This document shows, piece after piece, positions 43,033-56,315 of a DNA stretch of 64,000 nt. The notes under the pieces are model-generated. The model saw only the letters and a list, made by a program, of their open reading frames with translations, made no database searches and had not been told where the DNA came from. The position numbers and the translations under genes are program-made. The stretch's first letter is position 1. Each line of letters begins with the position of its first letter. Origin of the DNA: Auanema rhodensis (taxonomy: Eukaryota > Animalia > Nematoda). Where the stretch lies: contig OZ059900.1 of NCBI GenBank assembly GCA_964057225.1, forward strand, positions 3,410,001 to 3,474,000, written 5' to 3'.

Positions 43033-44334
43033 TTAGGTCCCGAACTAAGTCTTGCGCCCCCCCTAGTGTGATATGAAAAATCAAAAAAAAAGTATGTAGT
43101 TGCAAAAAATTTATTAAACACTGTATTGCCCTTTGTTGGCAATAACCTTCTCCCACTTTTCTTTCAGCTTTCGAATTCCGTTTCTGAAAAATAGTTTACT
43201 TTTAGATGCAAAAAAAATTTTAACAAAATTTTCAACTTCCTCTAAGGTTTTGAAGTTTTCACCCCTTAAACTATGCTCCATTGATCTAAACAGATGGTAA
43301 TCTGTTGGAGCAAGATCTGGAGAGTATGGGGGATGCTTCAAAACCGTCCAGTTCATGTCCTGAAGCGTCTGTTGGGCTTTCGCACAACAGTGTGGGCGCG
43401 CGTTGTCGTGCAGTAGCGCGATGCTCCTGTTTCTGAGCCCCTCATCAGCTTCAATGGCAGCATGAAGCTTTCTGAGTTGCTCAGAATAGTAGTTCTCATC
43501 TATGGTTCTTCCATAAGGAAGAAGCTCATAGAAAAGAACACCGTTTTCGCTCCAGAAAACGGATAGGAGAGCTTTTTTAGGCGTTTGTGGGTTTGCCCTG
43601 GGGGTCATTGGAACTTCCTGCCCAGGGTTTACCCAAAACTTAAGCCTGTTTGGATTGGAGTAGAGAATCCACTTCTCGTCTCCAGTTACCAAACTTTTGA
43701 AAAAACCCCTTTTTTGGCTCATTTTCAGAAGATCCTGAGCCAAACTTATTCTCGATCTGAGATTACTCTCAGTCAGAACATGCGGGGAAAAAGGTGAAAT
43801 TTTATGGATTTTACCCATTTTTTTCAACCTTTTTGAAATAGCAACATCGCTGACTTTCAGAATGTTTCCCATTTGAAGCTGAGTTGCTCCAGGATTCTCA
43901 TCCAAAACATTCTGAAGGTCTGCGTTGCTGAATTTCTTACCAGCGCCAGACCTTGGACGATCTTTTAAATCGGTTTCGCCCGCTCTAAAACGCGAATACC
44001 ATCTTTTGCAGGTGCTGTAGTTTGGAGATGAATCTCCATAAACAGCTCTCATTTTTTTAAAGGCTGCTTTCGCAGATAATCCTTCATTAAAATGATAAAA
44101 AAGAGTATGGCGCGCATGAGTAGAATTCATAACAGAAAACAGCAAAAAAAAGATGGAAAATTAAAAACTAATTTTTCAAACAAAAAAATTTGTTTTTTGA
44201 AATTTTTTTTTGATAATATTGTTTTAAATTATTCAAATTTTCTTAATTTTAAATAATTTTAAATTTTTTTTTAAATTTTTCGAAAAAATTCGAAAAACTA
44301 GGGGGGGGGGCGCAAGACTTAGTTCGGGACCTAA
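43033..44334 (-). mobile_element. mariner DNA transposon, copy 2 (1302 bp)
   Basis: Same TIRs, TA duplication and insertion point as copy 1. The differences I could see are in homopolymer lengths only. Confidence 0.97.
43114..44130 (-). CDS. mariner transposase (338 aa), intact DD34D
   Basis: Protein identical to copy 1 from MNSTH onward. Confidence 0.95.
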   Translation of the reverse strand: MNSTHARHTLFYHFNEGLSAKAAFKKMRAVYGDSSPNYSTCKRWYSRFRAGETDLKDRPRSGAGKKFSNADLQNVLDENPGATQLQMGNILKVSDVAISKRLKKMGKIHKISPFSPHVLTESNLRSRISLAQDLLKMSQKRGFFKSLVTGDEKWILYSNPNRLKFWVNPGQEVPMTPRANPQTPKKALLSVFWSENGVLFYELLPYGRTIDENYYSEQLRKLHAAIEADEGLRNRSIALLHDNARPHCCAKAQQTLQDMNWTVLKHPPYSPDLAPTDYHLFRSMEHSLRGENFKTLEEVENFVKIFFASKSKLFFRNGIRKLKEKWEKVIANKGQYSV

Positions 44335-44593
44335 TATATCAGTGCAAGCTCATAAAAATAGACTGATTTTGTGTATTGTATGTTTGATTCTCGAATCTTA
44401 ACGAATATGATCAAAATTTACGAGTATTACAGATTTTGTACCAAAAATCGGTGAGTATATGGTGTTAAAGGCATAAAAACGACAATACATAGTGTAGTAA
44501 TGCTATTTGAGCGAAATTCAGTATTTAAACATCACTAGCGTTTAATTGATGACTTTTGTTGTTATAGACATTAAAACTATGTTTTTGATCATA

Positions 44594-44601
44594 TACATGT
44601 A
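44594..44601. other. TACATGTA probable Tc1-type excision footprint
   Basis: Same 6-bp insertion, 260 bp after the end of copy 2. Confidence 0.75.
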
Positions 44602-45559
44602 TATGAGCGATTTAGCCAAATTGGACTCAAAACTCGGAAATTTCAAAAATTATTTCTATTTTCGACCTTTTTTGATCAAAATGAATAAATATCAGTGCAA
44701 ACTTGTAAAAATAGACTTATTTTGTGTATTATGTGTTTGATTCTCGAATCTTAACAAATATGATCAAAATTTACAAGTATTACAGATTTTGTACCAAAAA
44801 TCGGTGAGTATATGGTGTTAAAGGCATAAAAACGACCATACTTAGTGTAGTAATGCTATTTGAGTGAAATTCAGTGATTTAATCATTATTAGTGTATATT
44901 TGAAGACTTTTGTTATCATAGACAGTAAAACTATGCTTTTGATCATATATATGAGCGATTTAGCCCAATTCGACTCAAAACTCGGAAAATTCAAAAATTC
45001 TTTCTATTTTCGACCTTTTTTGATGAAAATGAATATATATCAGTGTAAACTCATAAAAATAGACTGATTTTGTGTATTGTGTGTTTGATTCTCAAATCTT
45101 AACAAATATGATCAAATTTTACGAGTATTACAGATTTTGTACCAAAAATTGGTGAGTATATGGTGTTAAAGGCATAAAAACGACCATACTTAGTGTAGTA
45201 ATGCTATTTGAGCGAAATTCAGTATTTAAACATCACTAGCGTTTAATTGATGACTTTTGTTGTCATAGACATTAAAACTATGCTTTTGATCATATAAATG
45301 AGCGATTTAGCCAAATTAGACTCAAAACTCGGAAATTTCAAAAATTCTTTCTATTTTCGACCTTTTTTGATCAAAATGAATAAATATCAGTGCAAACTCA
45401 TAAAAATAGACTTATTTCGTGTATTATGTGTTTGATTCTCGAATCTTAACGAATATGATCAAAATTTACGAGTATCACAGATTTTGTACCAAAAATCGGT
45501 GAGTATATGGTGTTAAAGGCATAAAAACGACCATACTTAGTGTAGTAATGCTATTTGAG

Positions 45560-48500
45560 CGAAAATCAGTATTTAAACATCACTAGCGTTTAATTGATGA
45601 CTTTTGTTGTTATAGACAATAAAACTATGTTTTTGATCATATATATGAGCGATTTAGCCCAATTGGACTCAAAACTCGGAAAATTCAAAAATTCTTTCTA
45701 TTTTCGACCTTTTTTGATCAAAATGAATATATATCAGTGCAAACTCATAAAAATAGACTGATTTTGTTTATTGTGTGTTTGATTTTCAAATCTTAACGAA
45801 TATGATCAAAATTTACGAGTATTACAGATTTTGTACCAAAAATCGGTGAGTATATGGTGCTAAAGGCATAAAAACGACCATACTTAGTGTAGTAATGCTA
45901 TTTGAGCGAAAATCAGTATTTAAACATCACTAGCGTTTAATTGATGACTTTTGTTGTCATAGACAATAAAACTATGCTTCTGATCATATAAATGAGCGAT
46001 TTAGCCAAATTAGACTCAAAACTCGGAAATTTCAAAAATTCTTTCTATTTTCGACCTTTTTTGATCAAAATGAATATATATCAGTGCAAGCTCATAAAAA
46101 TAGACTGATTTTGTGTATTGTATGTTTGATTCTCAAATCTTAACGAATATGATCGAAATTTACGAGTATTACAGATTTTGTACCAAAAATCGGTGAGTAT
46201 ATGGTGTTAAAGGCATAAAAACGACCATACTTAGTGTAGTAATGCTATTTGAGCGAAATTCAGTATTTAAACATCACTAGCGTTTAATTGATGACTTTTG
46301 CTGTCATAGACATTAAAACTATGCTTTTGATCATATAAATGAGCGATTTAGCCAAATTAGACTCAAAACTGGGAAATTTCAAAAATTCTTTCTATTTTCG
46401 ACCTTTTTTGATCAAAATGAATATATATCAGTGCAAACTCATAAAAATAGACTTATTTCGTGTATTATGTGTTTGATTCTCGAATCTTAACAAATATGAT
46501 CAAAATTTACAAGTATTACAGATTTTGTACCAAAAATCGGTGAGTATATGGTGTTAAAGGCATAAAAACGACCATACTTAGTGTAGTAATGCTATTTGAG
46601 CGAAAATCAGTATTTAAACATCACTAGCGTTTAATTGATGACTTTTGTTGTTATAGACAATAAAACTATGTTTTTGATCATATATATGAGAGATTTAGCC
46701 CAATTGGACTCAAAACTCGGAAATTTCAAAAATTCTTTCTATTTTCGACCTTTTTTGATCAAAATGAATAAATATCAGTGCAAACTCATAAAAATAGACT
46801 TATTTCGTGTATTATGTGTTTGATTCTCGAATCTTAACGAATATGATCAAAATTTACGAGTATCACAGATTTTGTACCAAAAATCGGTGAGTATATGGTG
46901 TTAAAGGCATAAAAACGACCATACTTAGTGTAGTAATGCTATTTGAGCGAAAATCAGTATTTAAACATCACTAGCGTTTAATTGATGACTTTTGTTGTTA
47001 TAGACAATAAAACTATGTTTTTGATCATATATATGAGCGATTTAGCCCAATTGGACTCAAAACTCGGAAAATTCAAAAATTCTTTCTATTTTCGACCTTT
47101 TTTGATCAAAATGAATATATATCAGTGCAAACTCATAAAAATAGACTGATTTTGTTTATTGTGTGTTTGATTTTTGAATCTTAACAAATATGATCAAAAT
47201 TTACGAGTATTACAGATTTTGTACCAAAAATCGGTGAGTATATGGTGTTAAAGGCATAAAAACGACCATACTTAGTGTAGTAATGCTATTTGAGCGAAAA
47301 TCAGTATTTAAACATCACTAACGTTTAATTGATGACTTTTGTTGTCATAGACAATAAAACTATGCTTCTGATCATATATATGAGCGATTTAGCCAAATTA
47401 GACTCAAAACTCGGAAATTTCAAAAATTCTTTCTATTTTCGACCTTTTTTGATCAAAATGAAGATATATCAGTGCAAGCTCATAAAAATAGACTGATTTT
47501 GTTTATTGTGTGTTTGATTTTTGAATCTTAACAAATATGATCAAAATTTACGAGTATTACAGATTTTGTACCAAAAATCGGTGAGTATATGGTGTTAAGG
47601 CATAAAAACGACCATACTTAGTGTAGTAATGCTATTTGAGCGAAAATCAGTATTTAAACATCACTAGCATTTAATTGATGACTTTTGTTGTCATAGACAA
47701 TAAAACTATGCTTCTGATCATATATATGAGCGATTTAGCCAAATTAGACTCAAAACTCGGAAATTTCAAAAATTCTTTCTATTTTCGACCTTTTTTGATC
47801 AAAATGAATATATATCAGTGCAAGCTCATAAAAATAGACTGATTTTGTGTATTGTATGTTTGATTCTCGAATCTTAACGAATATGATCAAAATTTACGAG
47901 TATTACAGATTTTGTACCAAAAATCGGTGAGTATATGGTGTTAAAGGCATAAAAAAGACCATACATAGTGTAGTAATGCTATTTGAGCGAAATTCAGTAT
48001 TTAAACATCACTAGCGTTTAATTGATGACTTTTGTTGTTATAGACATTAAAACTATGTTTTTGATCATATATATGAGCGATTTAGCCAAATTGGACTCAA
48101 AACTCGGAAATTTCAAAAATTATTTCTATTTTCGACCTTTTTTGATCAAAATGAATAAATATCAGTGCAAACTTGTAAAAATAGACTTATTTTGTGTATT
48201 ATGTGTTTGATTCTCGAATCTTAACAAATATGATCAAAATTTACGAGTATTACAGATTTTGTACCAAAAATCGGTGAGTATATGGTGTTAAAGGCATAAA
48301 AACGACCATACTTAGTGTAGTAATGCTATTTGAGCGAAAATCAGTATTTAAACATCACTAACGTTTAATTGATGACTTTTGTTGTCATAGACAATAAAAC
48401 TATGCTTCTGATCATATATATGAGCGATTTAGCCAAATTAGACTCAAAACTCGGAAATTTCAAAAATTCTTTCTATTTTCGACCTTTTTTGATCAAAATG

Positions 48501-51500
48501 AAGATATATCAGTGCAAGCTCATAAAAATAGACTGATTTTGTTTATTGTGTGTTTGATTTTTGAATCTTAACAAATATGATCAAAATTTACGAGTATTAC
48601 AGATTTTGTACCAAAAATCGGTGAGTATATGGTGTTAAGGCATAAAAACGACCATACTTAGTGTAGTAATGCTATTTGAGCGAAAATCAGTATTTAAACA
48701 TCACTAGCGTTTAATTGATGACTTTTGTTGTCATAGACAATAAAACTATGCTTCTGATCATATATATGAGCGATTTAGCCAAATTAGACTCAAAACTCGG
48801 AAATTTCAAAAATTCTTTCTATTTTCGACCTTTTTTGATCAAAATGAAGATATATCAGTGCAAGCTCATAAAAATAGACTGATTTTGTTTATTGTGTGTT
48901 TGATTTTTGAATCTTAACGAATATGATCAAAATTTACGAGTATTACAGATTTTGTACCAAAAATCGGTGAGTATATGGTGTTAAAGGCATAAAAACGACC
49001 ATACATAGTGTAGTAATGCTATTTGAGCGAAATTCAGTATTTAAACATCACTAGCGTTTAATTGATGACTTTTGTTGTTATAGACATTAAAACTATGTTT
49101 TTGATCATATATATGAGCGATTTAGCCAAATTGGACTCAAAACTCGGAAATTTCAAAAATTATTTCTATTTTCGACCTTTTTTGATCAAAATGAATAAAT
49201 ATCAGTGCAAACTTGTAAAAATAGACTTATTTTGTGTATTATGTGTTTGATTCTCGAATCTTAACAAATATGATCAAAATTTACAAGTATTACAGATTTT
49301 GTACCAAAAATCGGTGAGTATATGGTGTTAAAGGCATAAAAACGACCATAGTTAGTGTAGTAATGCTATTTGAGTGAAATTCAGTGATTTAATCATTATT
49401 AGTGTATATTTGAAGACTTTTGTTATCATAGACAGTAAAACTATGCTTTTGATCATATATATGAGCGATTTAGCCCAATTCGACTCAAAACTCGGAAAAT
49501 TCAAAAATTCTTTCTATTTTCGACCTTTTTTGATCAAAATGAATATATATCAGTGCAAACTCATAAAAATAGACTGATTTTGTTCATTGTGTGTTTGATT
49601 TTTGAATCTTAACAAATATGATCAAAATTTACGAGTATTACAGATTTTGTACCAAAAATCGGTGAGTATATGGTGTTAAAGGCATAAAAACGACCATACT
49701 TAGTGTAGTAATGCTATTTGAGCGAAAATCAGTATTTAAACATCACTAACGTTTAATTGATGACTTTTGTTGTCATAGACAATAAAACTATGCTTCTGAT
49801 CATATATATGAGCGATTTAGCCAAATTAGACTCAAAACTCGGAAATTTCAAAAATTCTTTCTATTTTCGACCTTTTTTGATCAAAATGAAGATATATCAG
49901 TGCAAGCTCATAAAAATAGACTGATTTTGTTTATTGTGTGTTTGATTTTTGAATCTTAACAAATATGATCAAAATTTACGAGTATTACAGATTTTGTACC
50001 AAAAATCGGTGAGTATATGGTGTTAAGGCATAAAAACGACCATACTTAGTGTAGTAATGCTATTTGAGCGAAAATCAGTATTTAAACATCACTAGCGTTT
50101 AATTGATGACTTTTGTTGTTATAGACAATAAAACTATGTTTTTGATCATATATATGAGCGATTTAGCCCAATTGGACTCAAAACTCGGAAAATTCAAAAA
50201 TTCTTTCTATTTTCGACCTTTTTTGATCAAAATGAATATATATCAGTGCAAACTCATAAAAATAGACTGATTTTGTTTATTGTGTGTTTGATTTTCAAAT
50301 CTTAACGAATATGATCAAAATTTACGAGTATTACAGATTTTGTACCAAAAATCGGTGAGTATATGGTGCTAAAGGCATAAAAACGACCATACTTAGTGTA
50401 GTAATGCTATTTGAGCGAAAATCAGTATTTAAACATCACTAGCGTTTAATTGATGACTTTTGTTGTCATAGACAATAAAACTATGCTTCTGATCATATAA
50501 ATGAGCGATTTAGCCAAATTAGACTCAAAACTCGGAAATTTCAAAAATTCTTTCTATTTTCGACCTTTTTTGATCAAAATGAATATATATCAGTGCAAGC
50601 TCATAAAAATAGACTGATTTTGTGTATTGTATGTTTGATTCTCAAATCTTAACGAATATGATCGAAATTTACGAGTATTACAGATTTTGTACCAAAAATC
50701 GGTGAGTATATGGTGTTAAAGGCATAAAAACGACCATACTTAGTGTAGTAATGCTATTTGAGCGAAATTCAGTATTTAAACATCACTAGCGTTTAATTGA
50801 TGACTTTTGCTGTCATAGACATTAAAACTATGCTTTTGATCATATAAATGAGCGATTTAGCCAAATTAGACTCAAAACTGGGAAATTTCAAAAATTCTTT
50901 CTATTTTCGACCTTTTTTGATCAAAATGAATATATATCAGTGCAAACTCATAAAAATAGACTTATTTCGTGTATTATGTGTTTGATTCTCGAATCTTAAC
51001 AAATATGATCAAAATTTACAAGTATTACAGATTTTGTACCAAAAATCGGTGAGTATATGGTGTTAAAGGCATAAAAACGACCATACTTAGTGTAGTAATG
51101 CTATTTGAGCGAAAATCAGTATTTAAACATCACTAGCGTTTAATTGATGACTTTTGTTGTTATAGACAATAAAACTATGTTTTTGATCATATATATGAGA
51201 GATTTAGCCCAATTGGACTCAAAACTCGGAAATTTCAAAAATTCTTTCTATTTTCGACCTTTTTTGATCAAAATGAATAAATATCAGTGCAAACTCATAA
51301 AAATAGACTTATTTCGTGTATTATGTGTTTGATTCTCGAATCTTAACGAATATGATCAAAATTTACGAGTATCACAGATTTTGTACCAAAAATCGGTGAG
51401 TATATGGTGTTAAAGGCATAAAAACGACCATACTTAGTGTAGTAATGCTATTTGAGCGAAAATCAGTATTTAAACATCACTAGCGTTTAATTGATGACTT

Positions 51501-54500
51501 TTGTTGTTATAGACAATAAAACTATGTTTTTGATCATATATATGAGCGATTTAGCCCAATTGGACTCAAAACTCGGAAAATTCAAAAATTCTTTCTATTT
51601 TCGACCTTTTTTGATCAAAATGAATATATATCAGTGCAAACTCATAAAAATAGACTGATTTTGTTTATTGTGTGTTTGATTTTTGAATCTTAACAAATAT
51701 GATCAAAATTTACGAGTATTACAGATTTTGTACCAAAAATCGGTGAGTATATGGTGTTAAAGGCATAAAAACGACCATACTTAGTGTAGTAATGCTATTT
51801 GAGCGAAAATCAGTATTTAAACATCACTAACGTTTAATTGATGACTTTTGTTGTCATAGACAATAAAACTATGCTTCTGATCATATATATGAGCGATTTA
51901 GCCAAATTAGACTCAAAACTCGGAAATTTCAAAAATTCTTTCTATTTTCGACCTTTTTTGATCAAAATGAAGATATATCAGTGCAAGCTCATAAAAATAG
52001 ACTGATTTTGTTTATTGTGTGTTTGATTTTTGAATCTTAACAAATATGATCAAAATTTACGAGTATTACAGATTTTGTACCAAAAATCGGTGAGTATATG
52101 GTGTTAAGGCATAAAAACGACCATACTTAGTGTAGTAATGCTATTTGAGCGAAAATCAGTATTTAAACATCACTAGCATTTAATTGATGACTTTTGTTGT
52201 CATAGACAATAAAACTATGCTTCTGATCATATATATGAGCGATTTAGCCAAATTAGACTCAAAACTCGGAAATTTCAAAAATTCTTTCTATTTTCGACCT
52301 TTTTTGATCAAAATGAATATATATCAGTGCAAGCTCATAAAAATAGACTGATTTTGTGTATTGTATGTTTGATTCTCGAATCTTAACGAATATGATCAAA
52401 ATTTACGAGTATTACAGATTTTGTACCAAAAATCGGTGAGTATATGGTGTTAAAGGCATAAAAAAGACCATACATAGTGTAGTAATGCTATTTGAGCGAA
52501 ATTCAGTATTTAAACATCACTAGCGTTTAATTGATGACTTTTGTTGTTATAGACATTAAAACTATGTTTTTGATCATATATATGAGCGATTTAGCCAAAT
52601 TGGACTCAAAACTCGGAAATTTCAAAAATTATTTCTATTTTCGACCTTTTTTGATCAAAATGAATAAATATCAGTGCAAACTTGTAAAAATAGACTTATT
52701 TTGTGTATTATGTGTTTGATTCTCGAATCTTAACAAATATGATCAAAATTTACGAGTATTACAGATTTTGTACCAAAAATCGGTGAGTATATGGTGTTAA
52801 AGGCATAAAAACGACCATACTTAGTGTAGTAATGCTATTTGAGCGAAAATCAGTATTTAAACATCACTAACGTTTAATTGATGACTTTTGTTGTCATAGA
52901 CAATAAAACTATGCTTCTGATCATATATATGAGCGATTTAGCCAAATTAGACTCAAAACTCGGAAATTTCAAAAATTCTTTCTATTTTCGACCTTTTTTG
53001 ATCAAAATGAAGATATATCAGTGCAAGCTCATAAAAATAGACTGATTTTGTTTATTGTGTGTTTGATTTTTGAATCTTAACAAATATGATCAAAATTTAC
53101 GAGTATTACAGATTTTGTACCAAAAATCGGTGAGTATATGGTGTTAAGGCATAAAAACGACCATACTTAGTGTAGTAATGCTATTTGAGCGAAAATCAGT
53201 ATTTAAACATCACTAGCGTTTAATTGATGACTTTTGTTGTCATAGACAATAAAACTATGCTTCTGATCATATATATGAGCGATTTAGCCAAATTAGACTC
53301 AAAACTCGGAAATTTCAAAAATTCTTTCTATTTTCGACCTTTTTTGATCAAAATGAAGATATATCAGTGCAAGCTCATAAAAATAGACTGATTTTGTTTA
53401 TTGTGTGTTTGATTTTTGAATCTTAACGAATATGATCAAAATTTACGAGTATTACAGATTTTGTACCAAAAATCGGTGAGTATATGGTGTTAAAGGCATA
53501 AAAACGACCATACATAGTGTAGTAATGCTATTTGAGCGAAATTCAGTATTTAAACATCACTAGCGTTTAATTGATGACTTTTGTTGTTATAGACATTAAA
53601 ACTATGTTTTTGATCATATATATGAGCGATTTAGCCAAATTGGACTCAAAACTCGGAAATTTCAAAAATTATTTCTATTTTCGACCTTTTTTGATCAAAA
53701 TGAATAAATATCAGTGCAAACTTGTAAAAATAGACTTATTTTGTGTATTATGTGTTTGATTCTCGAATCTTAACAAATATGATCAAAATTTACAAGTATT
53801 ACAGATTTTGTACCAAAAATCGGTGAGTATATGGTGTTAAAGGCATAAAAACGACCATAGTTAGTGTAGTAATGCTATTTGAGTGAAATTCAGTGATTTA
53901 ATCATTATTAGTGTATATTTGAAGACTTTTGTTATCATAGACAGTAAAACTATGCTTTTGATCATATATATGAGCGATTTAGCCCAATTCGACTCAAAAC
54001 TCGGAAAATTCAAAAATTCTTTCTATTTTCGACCTTTTTTGATCAAAATGAATATATATCAGTGCAAACTCATAAAAATAGACTGATTTTGTTCATTGTG
54101 TGTTTGATTTTTGAATCTTAACAAATATGATCAAAATTTACGAGTATTACAGATTTTGTACCAAAAATCGGTGAGTATATGGTGTTAAAGGCATAAAAAC
54201 GACCATACTTAGTGTAGTAATGCTATTTGAGCGAAAATCAGTATTTAAACATCACTAACGTTTAATTGATGACTTTTGTTGTCATAGACAATAAAACTAT
54301 GCTTCTGATCATATATATGAGCGATTTAGCCAAATTAGACTCAAAACTCGGAAATTTCAAAAATTCTTTCTATTTTCGACCTTTTTTGATCAAAATGAAG
54401 ATATATCAGTGCAAGCTCATAAAAATAGACTGATTTTGTTTATTGTGTGTTTGATTTTTGAATCTTAACAAATATGATCAAAATTTACGAGTATTACAGA

Positions 54501-54580
54501 TTTTGTACCAAAAATCGGTGAGTATATGGTGTTAAGGCATAAAAACGACCATACTTAGTGTAGTAATGCTATTTGAGCGA
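45560..54580. repeat. tandem duplication of a 13-monomer block (4509 bp); approximate
   Basis: 46635/51144, 48022/52531, 49062/53571 and 49374/53883 differ by 4509. The two units share private SNPs (GGTGCTAAAG, ATGAGAGATT, CCATAGTTAG). Confidence 0.88.
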
Positions 54581-54749
54581 AAATCAGTATTTAAACATCA
54601 CTAGCGTTTAATTGATGACTTTTGTTGTCATAGACAATAAAACTATGCTTCTGATCATATATATGAGCGATTTAGCCAAATTAGACTCAAAACTCGGAAA
54701 TTTCAAAAATTCTTTCTATTTTCGACCTTTTTTGATCAAAATGAATATA

Positions 54750-56048
54750 TTAGGTCCCGAACTAAGTCTTGCGCCCCCCCTAGTGTGATATGAAAAATCA
54801 AAAAAAAAGTATGTAGTTGCAAAAAATTTATTAAACACTGTATTGCCCTTTGTTGGCAATAACCTTCTCCCACTTTTCTTTCAGCTTTCGAATTCCGTTT
54901 CTGAAAAATAGTTCACTTTTAGATGCAAAAAAAATTTTAACAAAATTTTCAACTTCCTCTAAGGTTTTGAAGTTTTCACCCCTTAAACTATGCTCCATTG
55001 ATCTAAACAGATGGTAATCTGTTGGAGCAAGATCTGGAGAGTATGGGGGCTTCAAAACCGTCCAGTTCATGTCCTGAAGCGTCTGTTGGGCTTTCGCACA
55101 ACAGTGTGGGCGCGCGTTGTCGTGCAGTAGCGCGATGCTCCTGTTTCTGAGCCCCTCATCAGCTTCAATGGCAGCATGAAGCTTTCTGAGTTGCTCAGAA
55201 TAGTAGTTCTCATCTATGGTTCTTCCATAAGGAAGAAGCTCATAGAAAAGAACACCGTTTTCGCTCCAGAAAACGGATAGGAGAGCTTTTTTAGGCGTTT
55301 GTGGGTTTGCCCTGGGGGTCATTGGAACTTCCTGCCCAGGGTTTACCCAAAACTTAAGCCTGTTTGGATTGGAGTAGAGAATCCACTTCTCGTCTCCAGT
55401 TACCAAACTTTTGAAAAAACCCCTTTTTTGGCTCATTTTCAGAAGATCCTGAGCCAAACTTATTCTCGATCTGAGATTACTCTCAGTCAGAACATGCGGG
55501 GAAAAAGGTGAAATTTTATGGATTTTACCCATTTTTTTCAACCTTTTTGAAATAGCAACATCGCTGACTTTCAGAATGTTTCCCATTTCAAGCTGAGTTG
55601 CTCCAGGATTCTCATCCAAAACATTCTGAAGGTCTGCGTTGCTGAATTTCTTACCAGCGCCAGACCTTGGACGATCTTTTAAATCGGTTTCGCCCGCTCT
55701 AAAACGCGAATACCATCTTTTGCAGGTGCTGTAGTTTGGAGATGAATCTCCATAAACAGCTCTCATTTTTTTAAAGGCTGCTTTCGCAGATAATCCTTCA
55801 TTAAAATGATAAAAAAGAGTATGGCGCGCATGAGTAGAATTCATAACAGAAAACAGCAAAAAAAAAGATGGAAAATTAAAAACTAATTTTTCAAACAAAA
55901 AAATTTGTTTTTTGAAATTTTTTTTTGATAATATTGTTTTAAATTATTCAAATTTTCTTAATTTTAAATAATTTTAAATTTTTTTTTAAATTTTTCGAAA
56001 AAATTCGAAAAACTAGGGGGGGGGCGCAAGACTTAGTTCGGGACCTAA
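54750..56048 (-). mobile_element. mariner DNA transposon, copy 3 (1299 bp), carrying private mutations
   Basis: Same TIRs, TSD and site. Has a 3-bp deletion near 55049 and substitutions at 54914 and 55589. Confidence 0.97.
54831..55844 (-). CDS. mariner transposase variant (337 aa; His deleted in HPPYSPDL giving DD33D; Q>E; K>E), possibly defective
   Basis: Track shows VLKPPYSPDL vs VLKHPPYSPDL, QLEM vs QLQM and SKSEL vs SKSKL. Confidence 0.9.
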   Translation of the reverse strand: MNSTHARHTLFYHFNEGLSAKAAFKKMRAVYGDSSPNYSTCKRWYSRFRAGETDLKDRPRSGAGKKFSNADLQNVLDENPGATQLEMGNILKVSDVAISKRLKKMGKIHKISPFSPHVLTESNLRSRISLAQDLLKMSQKRGFFKSLVTGDEKWILYSNPNRLKFWVNPGQEVPMTPRANPQTPKKALLSVFWSENGVLFYELLPYGRTIDENYYSEQLRKLHAAIEADEGLRNRSIALLHDNARPHCCAKAQQTLQDMNWTVLKPPYSPDLAPTDYHLFRSMEHSLRGENFKTLEEVENFVKIFFASKSELFFRNGIRKLKEKWEKVIANKGQYSV

Positions 56049-56307
56049 TATATCAGTGCAAGCTCATAAAAATAGACTGATTTTGTGTATTGTATGTTTG
56101 ATTCTCGAATCTTAACGAATATGATCAAAATTTACGAGTATTACAGATTTTGTACCAAAAATCGGTGAGTATATGGTGTTAAAGGCATAAAAACGACCAT
56201 ACATAGTGTAGTAATGCTATTTGAGCAAAATTCAGTATTTAAACATCACTAGCGTTTAATTGATGACTTTTGTTGTTATAGACATTAAAACTATGTTTTT
56301 GATCATA

Positions 56308-56315
56308 TACATGTA
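56308..56315. other. TACATGTA probable Tc1-type excision footprint
   Basis: Same 6-bp insertion, 260 bp after the end of copy 3. Confidence 0.75.
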
